Positions 1 to 8,084 of a DNA stretch of 64,000 bases are shown piece by piece (within the stretch, counting starts at the first letter, position 1; the number at the start of each line of letters is the position of its first letter). The DNA is from Patescibacteria group bacterium. GTDB lineage: Bacteria > Patescibacteriota > Patescibacteriia > 2-12-FULL-57-11. The DNA lies in NCBI GenBank assembly GCA_004299275.1, contig SCSU01000066.1:14277-78276 (forward strand), given 5' to 3'. Made by a program: the position numbers and the translations under genes. The notes under the pieces were generated by a model that saw only the letters and a list, made by a program, of their open reading frames with translations, ran no database searches and had not been told where the DNA came from.

Positions 1-132
1 TTCCTGTCTTTCTGCGCTTTTGGCGCTTTTGGGTTAAGGAGCTCTTTATCTCTCTCGGACACGCCCGAGGGAGAAAAGCAACCAACAAGGTTAAGCGAAA
101 ATCAGAAATTTGTCAACCGGTGGATGTCTCTT

Positions 133-168
133 GACCTTCAAGGTCTGTTTTACAGACCTTCAAGGTCA
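133..168. repeat. GACCTTCAAGGTC hairpin doublet (TTCAA-loop family), copy 1
   Basis: ttGACCTTCAAGGTCtgttttacaGACCTTCAAGGTCaa. Same architecture as the copies at 7221, 41348 and 59507. Confidence 0.7.
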
Positions 169-1307
169 ATCGGCTTTTTGCCAATCCACTCGGCGACGAT
201 TTCACGGATATCTGCGGCCGACACCGTGGGCCGCGCGGCAGTAAGTTCTTTCCTGCGCAGTTTCTCCATGGCCCCAACCAGGTGCTCCAGGCGGCTGCGG
301 ATTTCCGTGAGTTCCGCTTCCTCGGTCAGTTCTGATTCCAAAGCTTTGAGATGTTCGAGTTCATCGCGCAGGCGTTTTTCTTCCTCGGATAAAGTTTGTC
401 CCCGCGTGGCGACGGCGGCGCCGGCGGCATGGAGCAGTCCCATGGCATGTTTGGCGTTGTGCGCCGCTTCAATCGAGACTTTGGCGCCGGCTTCGTCCAT
501 GAGGTCAATGGCTTTGTCCGGCAGATAGCGGTCTTTGATGAATTTTTTGGAGAGCTTGACGGCGGCGAGGAGCGCCGCGTCGTCAAAGACGACTCCATGA
601 TGCGCCTCATAGACCTCTTTAATGCCGCGCAGTATCTGGAGTGTGGCTTCCTCTGACGGCTCGCCGACAATCACCGGCTGGAAGCGGCGGTTCAGGGCGT
701 CGTCGGGTTTGATTAAATGTTCATATTCTTTCCAGGTGGTGGCGCCGATGGCCTGGAGCTCGCCGCGAGAGAGCGCCGGTTTTAATATATCCGAGACGTT
801 CATCGCTCCCTCGGCCCCTTTGGCCTGCTCGATCATGTGCACTTCGTCAATAAAGAGAATGATCCGCCGCGCCGTCCCCTTGATTTCATCGGTCAATTTT
901 TTCATCCGCTCTTCGAACTCGCCGCGATACTTGGTGCCGGAGATGAGGCCGCCTAAGTCCAAAGCGAGCACCCGTTTGTCACGGAGATTGTCGGGCACGT
1001 CGCCGGCGGCGATGCGCCGGGCGATTCCTTCCACGACCGCAGTTTTACCGACTCCGGGCTCGCCCAAAAGCAGAGGATTGTTTTTGGTGCGGCGCGAGAG
1101 AATGTGGATTACTCGGTCAATCTCCTCGGCGCGGCCGATGACCGGGTCGAGCGCCTTAGCCTCGGCCTCTTTGGTCAAATCGCGGGTGTAGGTTTGGAGC
1201 ACCGTTCCCTTGAAGCCGCCGCCGGCTCTCTGCCGCGAGTTGTACCACCAATAGAGCAGTCCAGCCAAAGCCAGCACCAAAACGATGAATATTTGAGTAG
1301 TGGCCAT
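150..1307 (-). CDS. Clp/Hsp100-family AAA+ ATPase with only the first nucleotide-binding domain (NBD1) and a coiled coil; N-terminal TM helix; ends just before where ClpB NBD2 would begin
   Basis: Walker [11 protein letters not shown] and a conserved Clp NBD1 block ([19 protein letters not shown]). The last ~9 codons and the stop codon are supplied by the dispersed hairpin repeat at 133-168. Confidence 0.8.
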   Translation of the reverse strand: MATTQIFIVLVLALAGLLYWWYNSRQRAGGGFKGTVLQTYTRDLTKEAEAKALDPVIGRAEEIDRVIHILSRRTKNNPLLLGEPGVGKTAVVEGIARRIAAGDVPDNLRDKRVLALDLGGLISGTKYRGEFEERMKKLTDEIKGTARRIILFIDEVHMIEQAKGAEGAMNVSDILKPALSRGELQAIGATTWKEYEHLIKPDDALNRRFQPVIVGEPSEEATLQILRGIKEVYEAHHGVVFDDAALLAAVKLSKKFIKDRYLPDKAIDLMDEAGAKVSIEAAHNAKHAMGLLHAAGAAVATRGQTLSEEEKRLRDELEHLKALESELTEEAELTEIRSRLEHLVGAMEKLRRKELTAARPTVSAADIREIVAEWIGKKPIDLEGL

Positions 1308-1310
1308 AGA

Positions 1311-1883
1311 TTATTGCGTGCCTTTAATCTCCTGCGCCAGCGCTTCACGGTGCCATTTTTGGTCGGCCTGCACCAGTTCGAGAATTTTACGGGCAATGTC
1401 ATGAGGGTAAGGGATGCCGGCGAATTCAAATTGCGCCTTTTCTCCGGCGCTTTGCACGCGGATTAAACCGTAGTGGAAGATGGTGGCAAAAACGCCCTTC
1501 TGCTCCGAGGCGACATCCTGCACTTTGGAGAGCTGGAGTTCGGCAATCTCGCGGCCAAAGACGCCGTGCTGGTTCACGTCTACAATGCGTTCGTTGGTCA
1601 CGACCCAGATATCCAGATACCAGTCCATGTAGGCGGCGTAGAAGAGCAGGAGGACAAAAAGATCGTAGAGCGTGACCAGCAGGAGCACCGCCGGGCCGAG
1701 CGTGGGATGGTTCAGCCACTCGACCGCAACATCGCGGAGCACGAGATAGGCAATATATGGTCCGGTGAGCAGGGCGAGATAGAGCAAGGACTGGCCGAAA
1801 AGAATCAGCGGATGCTTGCGCATGAAAATCGCCGGCTTTTCCATTTCGCCGCCGTGGATTTTTATGAGAAAAGGGAAGTGCAT
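1311..1883 (-). CDS. membrane protein with a bacterial PH (YdbS/YdbT-like) domain
   Basis: Two TM helices followed by a PH-like segment (VTNERIVDV...GVFGREI...IPYPHDI). Confidence 0.5.
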   Translation of the reverse strand: MHFPFLIKIHGGEMEKPAIFMRKHPLILFGQSLLYLALLTGPYIAYLVLRDVAVEWLNHPTLGPAVLLLVTLYDLFVLLLFYAAYMDWYLDIWVVTNERIVDVNQHGVFGREIAELQLSKVQDVASEQKGVFATIFHYGLIRVQSAGEKAQFEFAGIPYPHDIARKILELVQADQKWHREALAQEIKGTQ

Positions 1884-1891
1884 AGCAAAAA

Positions 1892-2134
1892 TTAAAAGCT
1901 GGCTGAGGAAAAAATTGAAAAATTCAGGAGCGGCTGGTTCCAGTCAACTCCCCCGAGCTCGTTCCAGGCGAAAAAAAGGACGGTCGCGGCGCCGGCCCAA
2001 AACAGGAAAGTCGCGAGAAAAGCGGAAAAATCCCCGCCGAAGTTATAGAGGGAAATCATTGTGAGCAGACCGTAGAGCAGCACCCCGCCAGCGAAGAGGG
2101 CAAAGGGGATGAGAATTATATATAAAGGAAGCAT
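1892..2134 (-). CDS. small integral membrane protein, hypothetical
   Basis: 80 aa with two hydrophobic helices; tightly packed between neighbouring genes. Confidence 0.4.
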   Translation of the reverse strand: MLPLYIILIPFALFAGGVLLYGLLTMISLYNFGGDFSAFLATFLFWAGAATVLFFAWNELGGVDWNQPLLNFSIFSSASF

Positions 2135-2139
2135 GGCGT

Positions 2140-3162
2140 TTACAAAAGCGTCGGTCTCTCCGGCGGCTTTAGTCCCAGATGTTCGTAAGCGCGTGGCGTG
2201 GCGAGGCGGCCGCGCGGCGTGCGTTCGAGGAACCCCAGCCGGAGCAGGAACGGTTCGTAAATTTCTTCAATCGTGTCCACTTCTTCCGCCGTGGCGGCGG
2301 CGAGCGCCGAAAGTCCGACCGGACCGCCGCGGAAGCGCTCGATAATGGCTGTGAGGAGCCGCCGGTCAACAGCGTCCAGTCCGAGTCGGTCAACCTCGAG
2401 CGAAGCGAGGGATTGGACGGCGATTTCACTCGTGATTGTACCGGAATGCCGGACTTCGGCATAGTCGCGGACGCGCTTCAATAACCTGTTGGCGACCCGC
2501 GGCGTGCGGCGCGAGCGGCTGGCAATTTCCTGGAGCGCAATTTCTCCCGCAGCAACTCCGAGCAGTTTGGCGCTGCGTTTCAAAATTGAAAGGATTTCTT
2601 TTTCTTCGTAATAGTCCAGCCGGTAGGTGACGCCAAAGCGGTCGCGGAGCGGCGAGGAGAGGAGCGACATCCGCGTGGTCGCGCCGATTAAGGTAAAACG
2701 CGGGAGGGTGAGCCGGAGGGTGCGCGCCGCCGGCCCCTTGCCCACGACGAGGTCTAGGGCAAAATCCTCCATCGCCGGGTAGAGCACCTCTTCAATTTGC
2801 CGGTTTAAGCGGTGGATTTCGTCCACAAAAAGCACCTCGCCCGGCTCGAGCGATGAGAGAATCGCGGCGAGGTCGCCGACTTTTTCGAGCGCCGGACCAG
2901 AGGTCACTTTAATCGGCACCCGCATCTCAGCCGCGATGACGTGAGCCAATGTGGTCTTGCCCAAGCCCGGGTTGCCGTAAAGGAGCACGTGTTCAATCGG
3001 CTCTTTGCGCCGGCGCGCGGCTTCGAGAAATATTGACAGGTTCTCCTTGATTTTTTCCTGGCCGACAAACTCGGCGAGCGTCTTGGGGCGCAGGGTTTGC
3101 TCAAAAATTTGCTCATCCGGCGCGGCTGCGGCGGCAGTGGGGCGTAGGTCGGGGAGAGGCAT
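2140..3162 (-). CDS. ruvB: Holliday junction branch migration helicase RuvB
   Basis: [18 protein letters not shown] Walker A, DEIHRL, and the conserved RuvB C-terminal domain. The start is chosen at MPLPDL, so the upstream part of the ORF is probably not translated. Confidence 0.93.
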   Translation of the reverse strand: MPLPDLRPTAAAAAPDEQIFEQTLRPKTLAEFVGQEKIKENLSIFLEAARRRKEPIEHVLLYGNPGLGKTTLAHVIAAEMRVPIKVTSGPALEKVGDLAAILSSLEPGEVLFVDEIHRLNRQIEEVLYPAMEDFALDLVVGKGPAARTLRLTLPRFTLIGATTRMSLLSSPLRDRFGVTYRLDYYEEKEILSILKRSAKLLGVAAGEIALQEIASRSRRTPRVANRLLKRVRDYAEVRHSGTITSEIAVQSLASLEVDRLGLDAVDRRLLTAIIERFRGGPVGLSALAAATAEEVDTIEEIYEPFLLRLGFLERTPRGRLATPRAYEHLGLKPPERPTLL

Positions 3163-3227
3163 ACTACAGAGAGCGTATATCGGCGAATAGCAAATGGCAA
3201 ATTGTGAGTAGCACTTTGAAAATTCAA

Positions 3228-3300
3228 TTCGTATTTTCGTACCCATTCGTACTTTCGTCGTCTGATTATTCGTAAATTAGCGTTGATTCGTAATTCGTAT
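3228..3300. repeat. TTCGTAA/ATTCGTA heptamer array (locus A), just upstream of ruvB
   Basis: cattcgtactttcgtcg...attcgtaaatt...gattcgtaattcgtatcc. Related arrays occur at 4262-4360 and 45699-45748. Confidence 0.7.
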
Positions 3301-3400
3301 CCTATAAAAAAACCGCCTCGGGCCGTGGCCTCTAGCGGAGATGGACCTGTCCACCGGCTTGCCCCCCGAATCCGCCAGTTGGCGGAGAAGGGGGGAGCTC

Positions 3401-3688
3401 CTAGCGGAGATGAAAGAGAATCGCGTCCGAGCTGTGGACACACTCGCGGATTGCTCCTGGGCCGAATGCGCCGGCGACGGCGTCCATGATGATGACGCGG
3501 GCGGTCAGCAGAGCATTCCCCACGGGCTTGGTTTCGCGCCAGTCGGCGAGCAGTCCTCCGGCTCGGTCGCGGACGAAGACCCGGAGCTTGCCGTTGCCCT
3601 CGTCGCCCCAGCTCACGTGGACTGTTGCGATTTCGCCGCGCACCTCGCGGAGAGGGCGGAGGAGGGTCACTGGTTTATCAGCCATCAC
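3401..3688 (-). CDS. hypothetical protein (B-type); a paralog lies at 4452..4736
   Basis: 95 aa; aligns with the 4452..4736 product (VHVSWGDEGNGKLRVFVRD vs VQISWDSVGEDGSMEVRLFD). Confidence 0.55.
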   Translation of the reverse strand: MMADKPVTLLRPLREVRGEIATVHVSWGDEGNGKLRVFVRDRAGGLLADWRETKPVGNALLTARVIIMDAVAGAFGPGAIRECVHSSDAILFHLR

Positions 3689-3702
3689 TTTTCCCTCCGG
3701 TG

Positions 3703-4152
3703 CTAGATGAGCGAAAAGCCGGCGTAACCGTGCCAGAGGAGCACCGCTTCGTTCCGAGGGTCGAGGATTGTCTCCTCGCCCGAGAAGTCAGCGAAGTCGA
3801 GGTTGGCTGGGAGATTGTGGTACTCGAGTCCGTCGCTCGTGAAGTGCGTTGGCCCGCGGCCGCCGACCCAGATCTCCTCCTCGTAGGCCGAGAGCAATGC
3901 TTGCCTCAAGAAGGGAATGACGCGCTCGTCGTCCTTGCGCCAGCCGCGGTAGTGCATTCCCCAGACCGGCTGCTCCCGCCACCAGATGAGTATCTGGCCG
4001 AGGACCCGCTTGCCGATCGTGTGGCAGTCATCGGTGTAGCGCCAGTCCCCCTTTTGGTAGAAGGCGCTGGCAGCTGCCTCGGCTCCTGATTTTCGGCAGG
4101 CCTCCCGGCTGGCCCCGAAAAAGAACTGCTTGATTTCGGCATGGTTCGGCAC
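3703..4152 (-). CDS. hypothetical protein (A-type), co-oriented with the B-type gene
   Basis: 149-aa ORF with 15 nt to the next gene; no domain recognised. Confidence 0.5.
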   Translation of the reverse strand: MPNHAEIKQFFFGASREACRKSGAEAAASAFYQKGDWRYTDDCHTIGKRVLGQILIWWREQPVWGMHYRGWRKDDERVIPFLRQALLSAYEEEIWVGGRGPTHFTSDGLEYHNLPANLDFADFSGEETILDPRNEAVLLWHGYAGFSLI

Positions 4153-4261
4153 GTTCCCCTCCTTTGTTTGGGCGCGATGAAGGTATCAGGTAATTTTTTT
4201 TGAGGCAAGTGGATGCTCGCCAGAGGCTCGACCTCCTCAGAGGTCGAGCCTCTGGCGAGCA

Positions 4262-4360
4262 TTCGGTTATTCGTACGTTCGTCGCCTGCTTAGTCGTACT
4301 TTCGCAAAATTCGTAATTCGTAGATTTGTACTGATTCGTAATTCGTAATCCGTAATTCGT
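4262..4360. repeat. TTCGTAA heptamer array (locus B), preceded on the - strand by a hairpin plus T-run terminator
   Basis: attcgtaattcgtagatttgtactgattcgtaattcgtaatccgtaattcgtaaccc. Then ataaaaaaaccgcgagacgtgtagtccgcgg, which is a rho-independent terminator in - sense. Confidence 0.7.
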
Positions 4361-4451
4361 AACCCATAAAAAAACCGCGAGACGTGTAGTCCGCGGCGGG
4401 GGCCGTCCTTCGCTAAAGCTACGGACGGTAAATGGCGTGCGATGACTCCGC

Positions 4452-4736
4452 TCATTGGATTTTGAAGCTGATGGAGCGGTTCCGGATGGTGCTCTGGCGC
4501 ACACGGTTGGGGCCGAGCGCTCGTTCGACGATGAGCGCGAGGAACCTCCAGACGATGGCGTCTTTGGGCGGAACAATCATCGGGCCGGCCCAGACGTCGA
4601 AGAGGGTCCCGCCCGAGTCGAAGAGGCGCACCTCCATACTGCCGTCCTCCCCGACGCTGTCCCAGCTGATTTGCACTTCCCCGATGCCCGCCTGGTGTCT
4701 GGTCAGGTGGTTGTGGAGCTCTTCCGACGGTGTCAC
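4452..4736 (-). CDS. hypothetical protein (B'-type paralog)
   Basis: 94 aa, homologous to 3401..3688. Confidence 0.55.
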   Translation of the reverse strand: MTPSEELHNHLTRHQAGIGEVQISWDSVGEDGSMEVRLFDSGGTLFDVWAGPMIVPPKDAIVWRFLALIVERALGPNRVRQSTIRNRSISFKIQ

Positions 4737-4809
4737 GCGATGTCTCCTCCTGGGGAGGAGTACAGCACAATCAGTGTAATTTGACTAGTCCCTCGGAGTT
4801 GGCTGTTCG

Positions 4810-4845
4810 GCAACAAAAAACGCGAAATCTAATTTCGCATTTTTT
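4810..4845. terminator. bidirectional hairpin terminator
   Basis: aaaaaacGCGAAATctaATTTCGCatttttt. Confidence 0.55.
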
Positions 4846-4867
4846 GGTGCCTGGGGTGGGACTCGGG
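4846..4867 (-). repeat. 3' fragment of tRNA-Leu (T-loop to CCA), partial direct duplication
   Basis: tggtgcctggggtgggactcg matches the 3' ~20 nt of the intact tRNA at 4996-5078. Perfect hairpins at 4898-4920 and 4951-4996 lie between the fragment and the intact gene. Confidence 0.7.
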
Positions 4868-4995
4868 TTCGCCTTGGAGCGGCTCACCCCTGGGCTTGCG
4901 CCGGTCCGATACCATCGGACCGGCTCGAGCCCGTTCGACTCCCACATTTCGGGAACACTTCGGAAAGCCTCGCATAGAAGCGAGGCTTTCCGAAG

Positions 4996-5078
4996 TGCCT
5001 GGGGTGGGACTCGAACCCACACGGCCTTGCGGCCACTCAATTTTAAGTCGAGCGCGTATACCATTCCGCCACCCAGGC
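4996..5078 (-). tRNA. tRNA-Leu (anticodon TAA), long variable arm
   Basis: 7-bp acceptor stem gcctggg/cccaggc, anticodon loop cttaaaa, T-arm gggttcgagtccc, no encoded CCA. Confidence 0.85.
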
Positions 5079-5348
5079 AAAGCTTTCTTGCAACATCATC
5101 CTTAAGGTACTTTTCCCCTTGGAAGTCTTGAGGTATTTTTCTCTTCTGATTGCGTCATCTTTTGAAAGGAATACCTCGAAAAAGAGCAGTTTAACCGGCA
5201 GCACCCGTCGCGTCGTCCATGTTTTACCCGCGTTATGTTCCTTGATTCTGCTTTCAAGATTTTCAGTTCGGCCAATATAGAGCCTTCCGTCTCTTAAGCT
5301 TACCAAGACGTAAACCGTGTGCATAAAGGAGATTTTACCCAGCACCAC
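5043..5348 (-). CDS. GIY-YIG nuclease-domain protein (YhbQ/UPF0213-like)
   Basis: YVLVSLRDGRLYIGRTENLESRIKEHNAGK...REKYLK. The last 12 codons and the stop overlap the 5' end of tRNA-Leu, and the TAA stop codon is the tRNA anticodon. Confidence 0.75.
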   Translation of the reverse strand: MVLGKISFMHTVYVLVSLRDGRLYIGRTENLESRIKEHNAGKTWTTRRVLPVKLLFFEVFLSKDDAIRREKYLKTSKGKSTLRMMLQESFAWVAEWYTRST

Positions 5349-5388
5349 GTTGGGTGCTGGGTACCCCGTACCCTACGTGGTACGGGGT

Positions 5389-5471
5389 AAGTCGAGCGCG
5401 TATACCACCTGCCCCGTGCCGTCCCCCGACGTAACATCGGGGGACTGGTTCGGGGTTCCGCCACCCAGGCC
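5389..5471 (-). repeat. 5' fragment of tRNA-Leu (positions 1 to ~35) with a 49-bp insertion bearing a perfect 9-bp-stem hairpin
   Basis: taagtcgagcgcgtatacca[cctgccccgtgccGTCCCCCGAcgtaacaTCGGGGGACtggttcggggt]tccgccacccaggcc. Two further perfect hairpins lie at 5347-5388. Confidence 0.7.
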
Positions 5472-5473
5472 AG

Positions 5474-7213
5474 TCATCGTTTTAACGCTTTAAGGAACGC
5501 CTCGCAAGGGAGAGTGTTTAAAATATCCTTTTCTGTTGCCCAGCCGCGGCGCGCTTGGGCGACTCCGAGCTCGAGCCAAGAGTAGTGGTGCGGGGCGTGG
5601 GCGTCGGAGTCAACCACCAGTTTCACCCCGAGTTTGACCGCCTCGCGGATGTGGCTATCGCGGAGGTCTAACCGTTCCATCGAGCCGTTTATTTCCACGG
5701 CCACGCCGTACTCTTTGGCCGCGCGGAGAATTTTTAAAATATCCACTGGATACGGTTCGCGGCGGCCGATCAGCCGTCCGGTCGGGTGGAAGAGAACGTT
5801 CACCAGTGGGTGCTTTAGCGCGCGGATAATTCGGTTGGTCATTTCTGATTCGGAAAGGTTGAAATGCGAGTGCACGGCGACACAGACCAAATCCAATTTT
5901 TTGAGCGCCGCGTCGGCGATGTCGAGCATTCCGTCTTTTAAGATATTAACTTCGGCGCTTTTTAAAATTCGGAATTTTCGATGTAGAATTTTGTATTTCG
6001 AATTTAGTGCTTCGATTTCTTTACCCTGCTTCTCCAAATCTTTTTCCGTCAGCCCGCCGGTCATGGCTAACTGCCGCGTGTGGTCAGTAATGGCGATATA
6101 AGACAGGCCGTTCTTGGCCGCGGCCTCGGCCATCGCGGCGATTGACGCCGCGCCGTCAGTCCAGTTGGTCTGCACCTGGAGATCGCCCTTAAGCGAGCCG
6201 TAAGGGATGAGTTGGGGCAGGGCGTGTTTGGCCGCCGCCTCAATTTCGCCGGCAGCGCTGCGGAGCTCGGGCGGAATCCAGTCCAAGCCGAGTTTTTGAT
6301 AAATTTCTTGCTCCGTTTTTCCCGCGATGTGTTTCTCTCCCTTGAACAGCCCGTATTCCGAAAGCTTCCACCCCTTTTTAATGGCGATTTTTCGGATTTC
6401 GATGTTATGCGTTTTGTCGCCGGTAAAATACTGGAGCGCGGCGCCAAAACTCGCCGGCGGCAGGACGCGCAAATCGGCCTCGATCCCGGCGCTGAGGCGC
6501 ACGTTGGCTTTGGTCGGCCCGCGGCCGGTGACCTCGAGCACATCCGGGTGTTTGCAAAAAACATCCAGCGTCCGTCCGGAATTTTTGGCGATGGCCAGAA
6601 TATCAATATCGCCAACTGTTTCCTGCCGGCGCCGATAGGAGCCGGCAATAACCACTTCCTCCACACCGGGAACTTTGCGGATGGCGTCGGTCAGACGTCG
6701 GGCAACGGGGTCAACCGCGCCGAGCATAAAACGGCCGCGGCTTCGTTTTTGAAATTCAATACTCCGCAGAATTTTTTGCTCGGCGCGCGCTCCGTGGCGC
6801 GGCAGAGTGCGGATTTTGCCGGCGCGCGCCGCTTGCTCGAGGTCAGCGACCGTGCGCACTTTGAGTTTTTTCCAGAGCAGTTTGATGGTCTTCGGTCCCA
6901 CGCCTTCGACCGCGGTGAGCGCCTCCACGTCCACCGGCATTTTCTTTTTTAATTTTTCGTAGTAGGCGAGCTTGCCGGTCTTGAGCAGTTCTTCAATTTT
7001 TTCGGCGATGCTCACGCCGACTCCGGGCACGGAGTTGAGCGCTTTGATTCCCCCCTCGTTGTAGATATCTGCTAGCGACTGACCCAGGGACTCAATCGTC
7101 GCCGCCACGCGCTGGTAAGCGCGGGGCTTAAACGGTATCTCGTCCATTTCCAAAAAATCGGCGATGGTGTAGAAAATTTCGGCGATTTCCTGATTAGAAG
7201 GAATACGCGCCAT
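5474..7213 (-). CDS. polX: family X DNA polymerase with a C-terminal PHP domain (PolX)
   Basis: HhH motifs, GSYRRRQETVGDIDIL nucleotidyltransferase motif, and PHP histidines at the C-terminus (HTRQLAMTGG..., HSHFNLSE). Confidence 0.9.
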   Translation of the reverse strand: MARIPSNQEIAEIFYTIADFLEMDEIPFKPRAYQRVAATIESLGQSLADIYNEGGIKALNSVPGVGVSIAEKIEELLKTGKLAYYEKLKKKMPVDVEALTAVEGVGPKTIKLLWKKLKVRTVADLEQAARAGKIRTLPRHGARAEQKILRSIEFQKRSRGRFMLGAVDPVARRLTDAIRKVPGVEEVVIAGSYRRRQETVGDIDILAIAKNSGRTLDVFCKHPDVLEVTGRGPTKANVRLSAGIEADLRVLPPASFGAALQYFTGDKTHNIEIRKIAIKKGWKLSEYGLFKGEKHIAGKTEQEIYQKLGLDWIPPELRSAAGEIEAAAKHALPQLIPYGSLKGDLQVQTNWTDGAASIAAMAEAAAKNGLSYIAITDHTRQLAMTGGLTEKDLEKQGKEIEALNSKYKILHRKFRILKSAEVNILKDGMLDIADAALKKLDLVCVAVHSHFNLSESEMTNRIIRALKHPLVNVLFHPTGRLIGRREPYPVDILKILRAAKEYGVAVEINGSMERLDLRDSHIREAVKLGVKLVVDSDAHAPHHYSWLELGVAQARRGWATEKDILNTLPCEAFLKALKR

Positions 7214-7220
7214 ATATCAG

Positions 7221-7263
7221 CACGGACCTTGAAGGTCCGTTTTTCAGACCTTTAAGGTCCGTG
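7221..7263. repeat. GGACCTTGAAGGTCC / CAGACCTTTAAGGTCC hairpin doublet, copy 2
   Basis: cacGGACCTTGAAGGTCCgtttttCAGACCTTTAAGGTCCgtg. Confidence 0.75.
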
Positions 7264-7266
7264 TCA

Positions 7267-7542
7267 CTATTTGACGAGCCGGAAGGGGTTCACGGCATTC
7301 TCCCACTGCGGTTCCTTTTTCATTTTCCGTTTTTTGTTCGCTTCAAGAATTTCCCGGAAGATTTTGTAGTCCAAAGGTTCAATCGCATATTCGCGCTGGA
7401 GCGTCACGATGTATTCGGTCTGGGTGATGGTTTTGTAGAGGTAATTGTAAAGAAAGAAAAAAATGAACAGGACGGAGATGAACACGCTCACAATCATAAT
7501 GAGGAGCGAAAGCCGGTAGATTTGTTTCAAAGTCAGCTTCAT
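7267..7542 (-). CDS. small membrane protein, hypothetical
   Basis: 91 aa with one TM helix; its end overlaps the next gene by 4 nt. Confidence 0.45.
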   Translation of the reverse strand: MKLTLKQIYRLSLLIMIVSVFISVLFIFFFLYNYLYKTITQTEYIVTLQREYAIEPLDYKIFREILEANKKRKMKKEPQWENAVNPFRLVK

Positions 7543-8084
7543 AATTTAAAAGAGTCCGCTTCCGGCCAGGAAATCCAGCCATTGATTGTCGCTTCGGCGA
7601 CGCCGTCTTTGTCGGTGGAAAACACTTCAATTGTAGCGATGTTAAATAGCGGGTCAATCCGTTCCAGAGCGGAGAGAAATTTGCCGAGGCGGCGGGGATC
7701 GCCGGTTAGCCGCAGCTCAACCGTTAGTTTGCTGTTCAAATCAATCGGACCTCCTTGCGGCGGAATCAGCCGAATTTTTTCCTGAACCGAGTTCGCGGCG
7801 GCCAAATTTTCAATTGTCTCCACCAAGCCGACCTCTTGGCCGCGAGCGAGCGTGAGCGCGCGCAGTTCCGGCAGGTCGTGTTTGATTTTGGTCATATACT
7901 CGATGGTTTTGCGCACTTTCTGCCGATGGAAATAACGTTCTTCAACCATGACGCGTTCGTTGTTGATGAGTCCGCGGATGGAAAGGATTTTTTTGACTGT
8001 CGGGACGATGAGCGCGGCGAAAGTCACGCTGATCAATAGCAGGGCAGTCGCGAGGGACAGGATGATTTTTTGACGTCTGGTCAT
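7539..8084 (-). CDS. pilO: type IV pilus assembly protein PilO-like
   Basis: N-terminal TM helix, then a coiled coil and a periplasmic domain; position directly after pilM-pilN. Confidence 0.5.
   Translation of the reverse strand: MTRRQKIILSLATALLLISVTFAALIVPTVKKILSIRGLINNERVMVEERYFHRQKVRKTIEYMTKIKHDLPELRALTLARGQEVGLVETIENLAAANSVQEKIRLIPPQGGPIDLNSKLTVELRLTGDPRRLGKFLSALERIDPLFNIATIEVFSTDKDGVAEATINGWISWPEADSFKL

Noticed and set aside
4771-5064. 97-aa ORF on the - strand
   Set aside because: It covers the tRNA-Leu gene and its downstream hairpins. There is no ribosome-binding site and no homology.
6212-6952. 246-aa ORF on the + strand
   Set aside because: It is entirely antisense to the well-supported polX gene.
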